From contig CAVZJB010000016.1 in NCBI GenBank assembly GCA_963775425.1, forward strand, positions 1,269,682-1,333,681: 64,000 nt of DNA, given 5' to 3'. A program made the translations under genes and the position numbers. The stretch is from an uncultured delta proteobacterium (GTDB taxonomy: Bacteria; Myxococcota; UBA727; VGSZ01). Under the pieces are notes generated by a model. The model was not told the DNA's origin. It searched no databases and saw nothing but the letters and a program-made list of their open reading frames with translations. Shown here in pieces: positions 1-8,607 of this stretch (within the stretch, counting starts at the first letter, position 1; each line of letters starts with the position of its first letter).

Positions 1-597
1 ACCCCCTCGCCGGGGGCGATGACCGCGCCGGCGCGCTCCGGGCAGCTCTGCGCGCCCGCCTCGTAGGCGACGTACACGTCGCCGGCAGGACCGACGAGCA
101 TGAGCGAAGCGTCGGCCGCTGCCATGACGTCCATGGCGACGTCCACGATGTGATGAGGCAGCCGGGCGTCGGGCGGCGACGCGAAGATCACCTGACACGC
201 GCGATACAGGCTGGTCGCCGAGCGCAGGCGTTTGCGCTCGAGGGCCCGGTCCACCGACGACAAGAGGTGATCGGTGACGAACGGCTTCTGCAGCAGATCG
301 AACGCGCCGGCCCGCAGGCAAGCGATGGCCGTCTCGAGGTTCGCGTGCCCCGTGCTGATGATGACCTCGGTGTCCGGCGCCGTCGCGCGCACGTGCTTGA
401 GCACGTCCAGGCCGCTGAGCCCGGGCATGCGGATGTCGGAGAGCACGAGAATCGAACGCGTCGCGCCCGAGCGCCTCCAGCGCCGCCGCGCCGTGCTCCG
501 CCATCACCACCTGGAGTCCGGCGTCCCCGAGCTCCCACGCGAGCATCTCGCGCATACCGCGTTCGTCGTCGACGACGAGCACCTTGCCGCTCAGCAC
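1..597 (-). CDS. Response regulator (receiver + probable GAF-like region), runs off the window edge; 1-nt frameshift near 450
   Basis: Manual translation from GTG at 597: VLSGKVLVVDDERGMREML...AFD, then after a +1 shift LVLSDIRMPGLSGLDVL...TGHANLETAIACLRAGAFDLLQKPF. GTG overlaps the upstream stop. The frameshift may be a sequencing error. Confidence 0.8.
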   Translation of the reverse strand, partial: MLSGKVLVVDDERGMREMLAWELGDAGLQVVMAEHGAAALEALGRDAFDSRALRHPHARAQRPGRAQARARDGAGHRGHHQHGAREPRDGHRLPAGRRVRSAAEAVRHRSPLVVGGPGPRAQTPALGDQPVSRVSGDLRVAARRPAASSHRGRRHGRHGSGRRFAHARRSCRRRVRRLRGGRAELPGARRRGHRPRRGG

Positions 598-959
598 GGG
601 GGCACCTCTGCGGCGTCGACGACGCACATCAGCTCGGCGAACGTGAACGGCTTGTGCAGCACGCTCGAGGCGCCGTGGGACAGGCCCGAGGCGATGTCCG
701 CGTCCATCTCGGGGCTGCCGCTCATGAGCACCACCCGCTGCTCGCCCCGCGCGCCCTTGATGCGGCGCACGGCCTCGGCGCCGCCGAGGACGGGCATGTG
801 CACGTCGAGGATGACGAGCGTGAACGGCCCGCGCTCGACGTGCTTCACCGCCTGCAACCCGTCGCAGACCGCGACAATCTCGAAGCCCATCGGCTCGAGG
901 AGAAACCGCATCGCGTCGCGCTGCCCTGCCTCGTCATCGGCGATCAGGATCCGTTTCAT
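591..959 (-). CDS. Single-domain response regulator (CheY-like receiver)
   Basis: MKRILIADDE...LVILDVHMPVLGG...LMSG...LHKPF; ATGA overlap with the kinase stop. Confidence 0.9.
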   Translation of the reverse strand: MKRILIADDEAGQRDAMRFLLEPMGFEIVAVCDGLQAVKHVERGPFTLVILDVHMPVLGGAEAVRRIKGARGEQRVVLMSGSPEMDADIASGLSHGASSVLHKPFTFAELMCVVDAAEVPPC

Positions 960-2704
960 GCTGCCGCCGTCATCGCTGGCGCTGGCGGGAGCGAGACGAC
1001 CATCGTGGTGCCTCGCCCCTTGGCGCTCGTGAAGTAGATGGCTCCGCCGTGCTGCTTGACAATCTCGTGCACGAGGCTGAGCCCGAGGCCGGTGCCCTTG
1101 CCGACCTCCTTGGTGGTGAAGAACGGGTCGAAGATGCGGGTCCGCAGGGCCTCGTCGATGCCCGTGCCGGTATCGGAGACCTCGAAGATCACGTGACCGT
1201 CCTGTTGCCTCGCGCCGATCGTGAGCACGCCACCCTCGGGCATCGCGTCGAGCGCATTGGTGCCGAGGTTGACCATCACCTGTTGGATCTGGGTGCGGTT
1301 GCCGTGCACCGGTGCGGTCTCCGAGAGCGCGCAACGCAGCTCCACTCCCTGCGGCCGCGCGCGCGCCTCGAGCAGGGTGACGGTGGCCCGCGCGATGTCG
1401 GAGACATCCAGGCCTTCCATCTCGCGCTTGCCGGTACGCGAAAAGACGAGCAGCTCCTGCACGAGCGAGCGACAGCGGAGCGCTTCCCGGACGATGGACT
1501 CCACGGGCATCCGCAAGGGGTCGTCGGAGCGAACGCGTCGCTCGAGCCCTTGTGCGAACCCGAGGATCACGCCGAGGGGGTTGTTGATCTCGTGAGCGAC
1601 ACCGCCGGCGAGCTGCCCGATCGCGGCCATCTTCTCCGAGACCAGCGCGCGCGCCTGTGCCTCCTCGAGCCCTGCGACCATCGCGTCGAAGGCGCGGCCG
1701 AGCTCTTCCACCTCGCCGCCGCCGAGCTGTGCCGGCGCGCGGACGTCGAGGTCGCCGTCGCGCAGCCGCCGCGCGGCGCGCGCGAGGGCCGAGATCGGGC
1801 GCGCGATGCGCGCCGCGAGGAGCCAGGCGATGAGCGCGACGAGCGGCAGCACGAGGAGGGTGCCGGCGGCGACGAGGCCGACGTAGTAGCCGCCGCCTCC
1901 CATCACCTCTTGCGGGACCCACACCATGGCGCGGAGCGGCGCGGCGTCGAGCCCGGGGATCCGATCGACGTAGAGGAAGACGGGGACGTCGAGCTCGCCG
2001 CGGGCGACCGGCTCCACGAGGACGTCATAGGGCTGATACCCGAGGTACCCGGGCACGCGCAGCGTCGCGATGGCGAACCTGGCGGCGGCCTGGTGCACGT
2101 CGACGGGCGCGCCCCCCTCGAGGACGGGCGCGATGAGCTCCTTGGCGGCGTTGTGGGTCGTGGCCTCGACGACGCCGGCGGGACCGTAGAGCGCGACCTC
2201 TGCGTTGGTGGCGCTGCCGATCTCACGCAGGAACGCCGCGTCGAGGAAGCGGCCGAGCACGAGCCACCTGCCCGGGCCGTTCGGGTCGAGCGGCACGGAC
2301 ACGGTGAGCGCCGCGCGCGTCCCGCACACGGTGACGCCGCGAGCGACGCCGGACGCGGAGCCCAGCGGGACCTCGTCGGGGGAGCACGCGCCGGCGGAGG
2401 CGTCGACGGCGCCACGGCCTCCGTCGACGACGGCCCAGAAGCGCCCCGCGTCCGCGTACGCCTCGAGCTCCTTCCTGTCGCCCGCCGAGATCGTGGGCGG
2501 AAGGAGCTTGGCCGCCTGCTCGAGCATCTCGTACTGGAGCTCGACGAACGTCCTCACCCCGTGCTCGTTGCTCGCGCGGAGCCATGTGCGCGCCCCGTAG
2601 CTGGCCATCTTCAGGTTGATGCCGTGGCCGGCCGCCCCTTCGAGCAGCGTGGTCAGGAGAACCCCCCCGACAATCGCCAGCACGAGCTTGGACCGGAGCC
2701 TCAT
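956..2704 (-). CDS. Membrane sensor histidine kinase (HAMP, HisKA, HATPase)
   Basis: N-terminal TM MRLRSKLVLAIVGGVLL, second TM + HAMP (ARPISALARAARRL), H-box GVAHEINNPL, N-box NALDAM, DTGTGI, FDPFFTTK, GTGLGL. Confidence 0.93.
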   Translation of the reverse strand: MRLRSKLVLAIVGGVLLTTLLEGAAGHGINLKMASYGARTWLRASNEHGVRTFVELQYEMLEQAAKLLPPTISAGDRKELEAYADAGRFWAVVDGGRGAVDASAGACSPDEVPLGSASGVARGVTVCGTRAALTVSVPLDPNGPGRWLVLGRFLDAAFLREIGSATNAEVALYGPAGVVEATTHNAAKELIAPVLEGGAPVDVHQAAARFAIATLRVPGYLGYQPYDVLVEPVARGELDVPVFLYVDRIPGLDAAPLRAMVWVPQEVMGGGGYYVGLVAAGTLLVLPLVALIAWLLAARIARPISALARAARRLRDGDLDVRAPAQLGGGEVEELGRAFDAMVAGLEEAQARALVSEKMAAIGQLAGGVAHEINNPLGVILGFAQGLERRVRSDDPLRMPVESIVREALRCRSLVQELLVFSRTGKREMEGLDVSDIARATVTLLEARARPQGVELRCALSETAPVHGNRTQIQQVMVNLGTNALDAMPEGGVLTIGARQQDGHVIFEVSDTGTGIDEALRTRIFDPFFTTKEVGKGTGLGLSLVHEIVKQHGGAIYFTSAKGRGTTMVVSLPPAPAMTAAA

Positions 2705-2768
2705 GCCCGACCATCGGCACGCCCTGCCGGATCCTGAAGCCGCTGACGGCGGTGCCGGGGCCGAGCCG

Positions 2769-2797
2769 TTGACACCGTCCCGGTTCGTTCGCACACT
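2769..2797 (+). promoter_or_regulatory. sigma70-type promoter of tRNA-Gly
   Basis: TTGACA (2769-2774), 17-nt spacer, CACACT (2792-2797), 11 nt before the tRNA. Confidence 0.65.
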
Positions 2798-2807
2798 CCC
2801 CGGCGTC

Positions 2808-2884
<77 letters not shown>

Positions 2885-2886
2885 GC

Positions 2887-2912
2887 AAGCCCCGATTACG
2901 TCGGGGCTTTTT
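2887..2912 (+). terminator. Rho-independent terminator after tRNA
   Basis: AAGCCCCGA-TTACG-TCGGGGCTT followed by T-run. Confidence 0.75.
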
Positions 2913-2946
2913 CTTTGCCGCCGAGCTCCGGCTGACTCCGAATTCG

Positions 2947-2982
2947 CGTGGGACAGGGCCAGTCCCACGTGAAGTCCCACGT
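2947..2982. repeat. Short repeats next to the att core (possible integrase arm sites)
   Basis: AGTCCCACGT at 2961-2970 and 2973-2982, inverted CGTGGGAC at 2947-2954. Confidence 0.45.
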
Positions 2983-4095
2983 CGAGGACGTCCTTGAAGG
3001 CGGCGGCGTGGGCCTTGGCCTTCTCCTCGTGATCGACGTGGGAGTAGAGCCGGGTCATCTCGCTCGTGGCGTGGCCGATCATCGCGCGGGCGACCGTCTC
3101 GCCGTTGGCGCGGCGGAGGAGGTCGTTCGCGGTCCGCCGCAGGGCGTGCGACGAGATCGTCTTGTCGATGCCGGCGACCTTGCAGCAGCGCAGGAGCGGC
3201 TTCCGCAGGATCGACGGCTGGCGGTACGTGCCCTTCTGCGACGGGAACACGAGGTCCCGCTGCACGTGGCTCACGTCCTTCACCCGCGGCAGCGGGTTCT
3301 GCGCCTGCCACGCCTGTGGCGCCGAAGCAGCTCGACGACGACGGGCGCGAGAAACACATCTCGCCTCGTCACCTCGGTCTTCGGCGGACCGACGACGCCG
3401 CCGACCTGGCTGCGCACGATGCGCAGCTTGCCGGCACTGAGGTCGATGTCCTGCCACTCGAGCGCGCTCACCTCACAGAAGCGCATGCCGGTGGACACCT
3501 GCACGACGACCATCGCGCCGATGTCCTCGGTCTCGTGCTTCGTCGCGTCGAGCAGGCGTTGAAGCTCGCCGAGCGTCAACGCGTCCTTCTCGACGAGCGC
3601 GGGCCGGGGCTCACCGCCGACGTGATCCCCGAGCTCAAACCGTAGACCCGCCGTCGGGTCCGTCGGCAAGTCCCGCATGATCACGGCGCGCTTCACCATG
3701 GCGCGGAGCGTCGCCCACGCGCTGTGAAGCGTTGCCTTGCGATAGAGCTGCCCGTTTTCCTGCCGCAACTTCGCCACCTTCTCCATCCACGTCACGAGGT
3801 CCGACCGCTTCAAGCGGATGAGCTCGAATCCGGCCGAGGTCGGGAAGGACGAACCGTTCGAGATCGTGGAGGCGTTTTTCGACGACGTGCTTTCGGGTCC
3901 TGCCCGTCGTCGCCGTATGCTCGAGCCATCGCGGCGCGAAGTCTCCAAGGGTCTCTTTGGTCGGCATTCCGCTCAAGTCGCGCTCGGCCTGTTCCTTCAA
4001 CTGGGTGCAGATCGCCTGCTGAGCACGCCCGCGTGAGCGTGTCGATCGGGTAGATGATCGATTCGCCGGTGGGCGAGGCGTGCGTTCCTGGCGCC

Positions 4096-4413
4096 ATGAA
4101 CAAGCGCATCTCCAAGAAGAAGCCGCGGAAGGTGAAGAGAGGATCGCAGATGGCGCGAGTCGAGGTCCACGACGACGTCGAACGCGCCGCTGCTGAGGCG
4201 GCGATCAGGGCTGTGCGGGAGGGCCGCGAAGCCATGAAGGCGGCGCACGACCCCAAGACCTACATGGCGGCGTACGCGAAGGTGTACGCGGGCGCCGACG
4301 ACGTCGCGCGCGCCGCCCTCGAGGGACTCGAAGCCGAAGACGACGAGGAGCCCGACGTCGTCGTTATCGACGGCGTCACATTGCGGGCCGTCCTCTCCTG
4401 CGAGGCGACGTAG
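4096..4413 (+). pseudogene. N-terminal fragment of ISKra4/ISLre2-like transposase
   Basis: ...EDDEEPDVVVIDGVTLRAVLSCEAT*, resembling the N-terminal 'D..I.IDG...R.V....TY' segment of this family (from memory); directly inside the left IR. Confidence 0.45.
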
Positions 4414-4608
4414 GTGTGAGGCAGCGTCACTCAACGGTGGATGCGCCTCCTCGACCGGCAGCGGCCGCTCGCGGCCGCGGTCCGCCTCGTGCTCCTGCCG
4501 CGGCGCCGCCGCCGGCGCTGAGGGCGTTCCGAACGGTCCTCGCTGTACAGCCGGGCTGGTTGGCCGTTGCTGGCGTGCCTTGAGCGCAAGGCGCTGCTAC
4601 GATTGGAC

Positions 4609-4836
4609 ATGGCTATCCGTGGACGTGTCTCCAACGGCCGCATCGTCGTCGACGAGCCGACACTACTCCCCGAGGGTACAACCCTCAATCTCGTCGTGGA
4701 CGATGAGGGCGACGACCTCGACGCTGAAGAGCGCGCCGCATTGCAGGCGCACCTCGAGAAGTCGTGGCAGAGCGTCGGAGCTGGGCAGGTCCGTCCCGCA
4801 GAGGACCTCATCGCAGAGCTTCGCGCGCGTCGATGA
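4609..4836 (+). CDS. Putative type II antitoxin
   Basis: 75 aa MAIRGRVSNGRIVVDEPTLLPEGT...LDAEERAALQAHL...RPAEDLIAELRARR; ATGA overlap with the downstream toxin. Confidence 0.75.
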   Translation: MAIRGRVSNGRIVVDEPTLLPEGTTLNLVVDDEGDDLDAEERAALQAHLEKSWQSVGAGQVRPAEDLIAELRARR

Positions 4837-5384
4837 AGAAGCGCCGCGTCGTCACGACACCGGAGGCTGACGACGATGCCCGCAGCATCGACCTCTGGTG
4901 GATGAAGAACAGGACGGCCGCGCCGAACCTCTTCGTCGAGGAGCTCGCCAACGCTGTGGAGTTGCTCGCCGTCGAACCGGGCGTCGGCATTCGCTACGCG
5001 TCCCGCGCAATTCCCGGGCTGCATCGGATGCTCCTTCGCGCGAGCCGCTACCACGTCTACTACACGTACAACGACGACATCGTGGCCATCGTCGGCGTCT
5101 GGGGCGCCACCCGCGGCATCACGCCGGCCTTCCGCAAACGGGCCGTGTCGACGAGCTCGGCGCTCGCGACGCCGGAACACCCGACGACGGTTCCGGGCTA
5201 CGAGAACCGCAACCGGCAGACGGTGGTGCGCGCCACCGGCCTCGCTGGCAACGATCACCTGCAGCGGGTCTCCGAGCTCCGCTGCGGCGACTGCGGGCAC
5301 AGCTACGGGTCGAACGGGTCCGACAACCACCAGCGCAAGTGCCCGAACTGCCAGGGCGGAGCGCCAGGGCTGCCGCTCAAGTGA
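4833..5384 (+). CDS. RelE/ParE-family toxin with C-terminal Zn-ribbon extension
   Basis: RVVTTPEADDDARSIDLWW...NLFVEELANAVELL...YHVYY...VAIVGVW (ParE-like), then CGDCGHSYGSNGSDNHQRKCPNCQGG. Confidence 0.75.
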   Translation: MKKRRVVTTPEADDDARSIDLWWMKNRTAAPNLFVEELANAVELLAVEPGVGIRYASRAIPGLHRMLLRASRYHVYYTYNDDIVAIVGVWGATRGITPAFRKRAVSTSSALATPEHPTTVPGYENRNRQTVVRATGLAGNDHLQRVSELRCGDCGHSYGSNGSDNHQRKCPNCQGGAPGLPLK

Positions 5385-5443
5385 AACCCCTCCGGCTCGA
5401 CGGGGAGCGGCGGGGCTGGCATCGTTCGCACTGAGGGGAACGC

Positions 5444-5794
5444 ATGCCGACGGTGATGCGCAAGGTGCACGGCCGACGTATCGTGGAGCGGTTTCGAACC
5501 CAGCGACACGTCGACGCGCAGGCCGCGTTGAATGTCGCGCTCTCGCAGATCGACGAGTTCGAGCGTGCGCTCGGTGCTGCGCTGCCGAAGAGCATGCGCG
5601 GCACGGTGAGCGAGCGCTGTGGCGAAGCGCGATGCGCTCTCCAACGATGTGTGTTGAACGATCCGTTCTGGTCGGCGCTGGACACCGGCGACGCCGTCGG
5701 TGCTCCGTGGGACTCGAACGAGGAAGCCGATGATTTCGATGGCGTCGAAGCTGCGCCGATGACAGGAGCTGCGCCAGCGGGGCGCGGGGAGTAG
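5444..5794 (+). CDS. Hypothetical protein
   Basis: 116-aa ORF with GAGGGG RBS-like sequence upstream; no family recognised. Confidence 0.45.
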   Translation: MPTVMRKVHGRRIVERFRTQRHVDAQAALNVALSQIDEFERALGAALPKSMRGTVSERCGEARCALQRCVLNDPFWSALDTGDAVGAPWDSNEEADDFDGVEAAPMTGAAPAGRGE

Positions 5795-5989
5795 CGCTCG
5801 TGTCTACCGATGCCGCCCTTCCCTTTGAGACGGCGTGGAAACACGTCGACGAGCTACACGCGTCGGCGAAGCTCGTGGTGCAGTCGTCGGCGGTGCATCT
5901 TCTCGATATCGGCAGTTCGGACCCTCCCCGAGAGGTCGAGCCGCTCTTCGAGAAGAACCACCAGCGGAATAGCCAGGTCGCGGTCCGGC

Positions 5990-6600
5990 GTCTTCTACCC
6001 GCTCCACGCAGCCCCAGTTCCGACTGAGGTCGCGTTTCCCGTCGGGGTCGCGCTCTTCGTCTTGCCCCTCGCTGGCATCACGCTCGCGCGCCGCGCGCAG
6101 CTCGCGAGCGCGGACCCATCGCTCGCCAAGCGCTTCGCCGTCGCCGCGCAGATCGTTGGCGTGGCCTGGTATGTGCTGCTGCTCGTCGACTACATCGTTG
6201 GTGTTTGGATGCACGGCACGTTCTGGACCCAACACGGCTTCCACAGCGGCCGGCCGCTTCGACGCGGTCGCAGGACCGTGCGACCCGAGCTTGTCGACCG
6301 CGGCCCCGTACCCCGCCAGACGGCAGTACCCACTGGCGTCGTGGCCTCGTGGCGGGAGAGCGCGCGCGACGAAGCCGCCGCGGTCGTCGCCTTCGCCGAT
6401 CTCGCCACCGACCTCGTCGCCGTGGGCGCGCCCGACGCCTTGGTCGCCCGCGCACGCCGAGCCGCCCGCGACGAAGAAAGCCACGTGCGGCTCTACACGG
6501 AGGCCGCGGCGTCGGCAGACGGGCGCTTGCTGACGCCCGCCGACGTGCATCCCCGTCCACGCCGTCGCAGCCGCTTGAGAACACTCGCGCTCGGCGCAAG
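5990..6600 (+). pseudogene. Fragment of a membrane-anchored ferritin-like domain protein
   Basis: Two hydrophobic segments, GRPLR, then WRESARDEAAAVVAF...GAPDALV...AARDEESH (ExxH); the second half of the di-iron motif is not seen; boundaries approximate. Confidence 0.5.
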
Positions 6601-6801
6601 TGATGCAGAGCCCCGCGCTGGCGCGCAACCCGTCAGTCAATCGGACGCGCCGCGTCGTTGGGCGAATCGACGGCAGTATCGTCGGCGTTCATTCGCAGGG
6701 GCCTCACTGCCGATCGCTCTGGAGGCACCTGCTTCCTGCGCGCGGGTCGCGAACCAACATCGGGCCCTCGACGGCGAGGCAGACGGCCGCGTGCGCTCAG
6801 G

Positions 6802-7575
6802 TCACGGGGTCTCATCCACCATCCGCTGGAAGTCATCGCGGACGGACAACATCGCCCTATCGAGGTCGTCCCGCCGGTTCTCGGCAGCGCCCACCCGGTT
6901 CTCCCAGGCAGCGTGGCGAGGGTTCGGGTAGAACGGCGAGCCCGGCCGGTACTTCTCGAGCGTGTCGACGAGCGCCGGGTGGTTTTTCACCCAGGCATTG
7001 AAGTCTCTGTCACCGTGCTTGTCGCTCGTGTCCACGTTGGGCAAACCGTCAAATTTCTGGGACAGCACGAGCCTCGCTTGCGCTTCGGAGGCGACCACAG
7101 ACGGCGTGCGGCCGTACTTGTCGGGCGCGCCCTTGGTGATGCTGTCGAGCTCGGCCTTGCTGAGGACGCCGGCGCGCTGCAGCTTCTCCGCGAGGTGGTT
7201 GCGCTCGTCGATGTCCGCCGCGTGCCTTGCGGCGGCGACGCTCGGGGCCATCGCGGGCATCGGCGGCTCCGAGGCGCGCGCCTGGGCGCCCACGACGCCC
7301 TTGCACTTCAGCGCGGCGAGCCTCTGCTCGTTGCCCGCGGCCATCGTGGCCGCGCTCGGCGGGATCCCCGTGCCCGTGCCGGCGTCGCCGGGGTTCACGG
7401 CCCCCTGCTGCAACACCCGGAGGCGGTCGAGGCGCTGGCCGGTGGTCAGGGTGCTTGGTCCCGCGAGGGTCCCGGTTCCGGAATCGCCCGGGTTCATGGT
7501 CCCTTGCTGCAGCCTGCGCAGGCGCTCGAGCTGGTCGGTCGCAGGGTTGCTCACGGCGTTGAAGCTGCTGGCCAC
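6802..7575 (-). CDS. Hypothetical protein with internal tandem duplication
   Basis: GGAGG RBS before GTG; two copies of L(E/D)RLRxLQQGxxNPGDxGTGT. Confidence 0.65.
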   Translation of the reverse strand: MASSFNAVSNPATDQLERLRRLQQGTMNPGDSGTGTLAGPSTLTTGQRLDRLRVLQQGAVNPGDAGTGTGIPPSAATMAAGNEQRLAALKCKGVVGAQARASEPPMPAMAPSVAAARHAADIDERNHLAEKLQRAGVLSKAELDSITKGAPDKYGRTPSVVASEAQARLVLSQKFDGLPNVDTSDKHGDRDFNAWVKNHPALVDTLEKYRPGSPFYPNPRHAAWENRVGAAENRRDDLDRAMLSVRDDFQRMVDETP

Positions 7576-7692
7576 GGTGTCCTCCAGAGTGTGCCCCGGT
7601 TATCGAGGCGATCCGGGGCGCCGGACTTAGCGCTGCTGGCCGATGCGAGAAGGTGCGCGCAGGTGCTCACCCGGTGCCCGCGCTCGGCCGCC

Positions 7693-7900
7693 CTATGCAG
7701 ACGCGTGGCAGTCCGGCGTGCACGTCGACGGGCCGAACCAGGCGCCGGATCCCGCGTCGCAGTCCTCGTCCGGAGAGTCGACGATGCCGTCGCCGCACAA
7801 CGGCGCGGTTGTGGCGACTTCCACCTTGTACGCCACGGAGTCGCTCGCTTCGGACAAGCACGCCGTTATCGGGCCGGTCGTCCCGAGCGCGGAGACAGCG
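7693..7900 (-). pseudogene. C-terminal remnant with a myxococcal Cys-rich repeat
   Basis: Manual translation ...LCGDGIVDSPDEDCDAGSGAWFGPSTCTPDCHASA*; 5' part replaced by an IS3-like fragment. Confidence 0.5.
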
Positions 7901-7904
7901 CGTC

Positions 7905-8045
7905 GCCGGTCGACGCGGACGCCAGCAGAGAAGCTCCGGGTCGTCGTCGACGCCAGCAGGCTCAGCGACGGCGACCTCGGTGAGCTCGTCCGCCGCGAAG
8001 GATTGCACGAGGCCCAGTTGAGGGAGTGGCGCGAGGCGGCGGAGA
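7905..8045 (+). pseudogene. IS3-family OrfA (HTH) fragment
   Basis: RTPAEKLRVVVDASRLSDGDLGELVRREGLHEAQLREWR. Confidence 0.6.
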
Positions 8046-8060
8046 TGCGTCTCGCTGCCG

Positions 8061-8285
8061 TTCCTCAACGACGCCGAGGCGGCGAACGACAACCTCGACC
8101 TCGGCAGCGGCGCCGTCGAGGCGACGTGCAAGACCCTCGTGACGCAGCGGCTCAAGATCAGCGGCGCGAAGCGGTCCCGCGAAGGCGCTCGTGCGATTCT
8201 CTACGTGCGTTCCCTCGCGCAGAGCGGCCGCCTCGACGACGCGCTCGGATTCCATCATGCGCAGAGACTCAAGCGTGCCGCGTGA
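8061..8285 (+). pseudogene. C-terminal fragment of ISKra4/ISLre2-like transposase
   Basis: Manual translation FLNDAEAANDNLDLGSGAVEATCKTLVTQRLKISGAKRSREGARAILYVRSLAQSGRLDDAL...* (GSGxVExxCK..R.K.SG motif); stop abuts the right IR. Confidence 0.75.
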
Positions 8286-8607
8286 CCAGCACGTGAGCTG
8301 CTCCCCTCGGTACTTGCGCCGTGGCTCGACTCGCGATCACTGCTTTGACGGAGGTCGGTCTCGCCGCACACGGTCGGATTCAGGCGCAAGGGGTCGATTG
8401 CGTTGGAAAGTCCGATCAGGCGGCACACGTCGATGCTCGGGTCCGCGGCGTCTCACGGCGCGCGTCGAGGAGATTGCCGGAACAAATCGCTTTGCGAAAA
8501 CGCCACTCGGGGCGCCCATTCTACCGTTCGCCGAAATTGTGCGTGGCGGAATTCACGCGGGAGCGAGATCGCACGCATCGATACGGCGGCAGTCCTTACC
8601 CTTTTTC

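Larger units (their letters stand above)
2885..4002 (-). pseudogene. Tyrosine recombinase/phage integrase, two frameshifts (~3830, ~3315), 5' end truncated by an IS end
   Basis: Pieces in three frames: ...TLGDFAPRWLEH...; ...VSTGMRFCEVSALEWQDID...PPKT...; ...SHALRRTAN...MIGHATSEMTRLYSH (R, K, HxxR, H, Y catalytic set); adjacent to the tRNA 3' end. Confidence 0.88.
4003..8305 (+). mobile_element. ISKra4/ISLre2-like unit with terminal inverted repeats and a split transposase enclosing cargo
   Basis: Left GGGTGCAGATCGCCTGCTGA (4003-4022) vs right CCAGCACGTGAGCTGCTCCC (8286-8305): 15/20 inverted match; transposase fragments just inside each end; no target duplication seen. Confidence 0.6.

Noticed and set aside
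4431-4520. Small gene with a MYXO-CTERM-like tail (NGGCASS.../LVLLPRRRRRR)
   Set aside because: Parts lie in different frames with no start; at most a remnant, too weak to annotate
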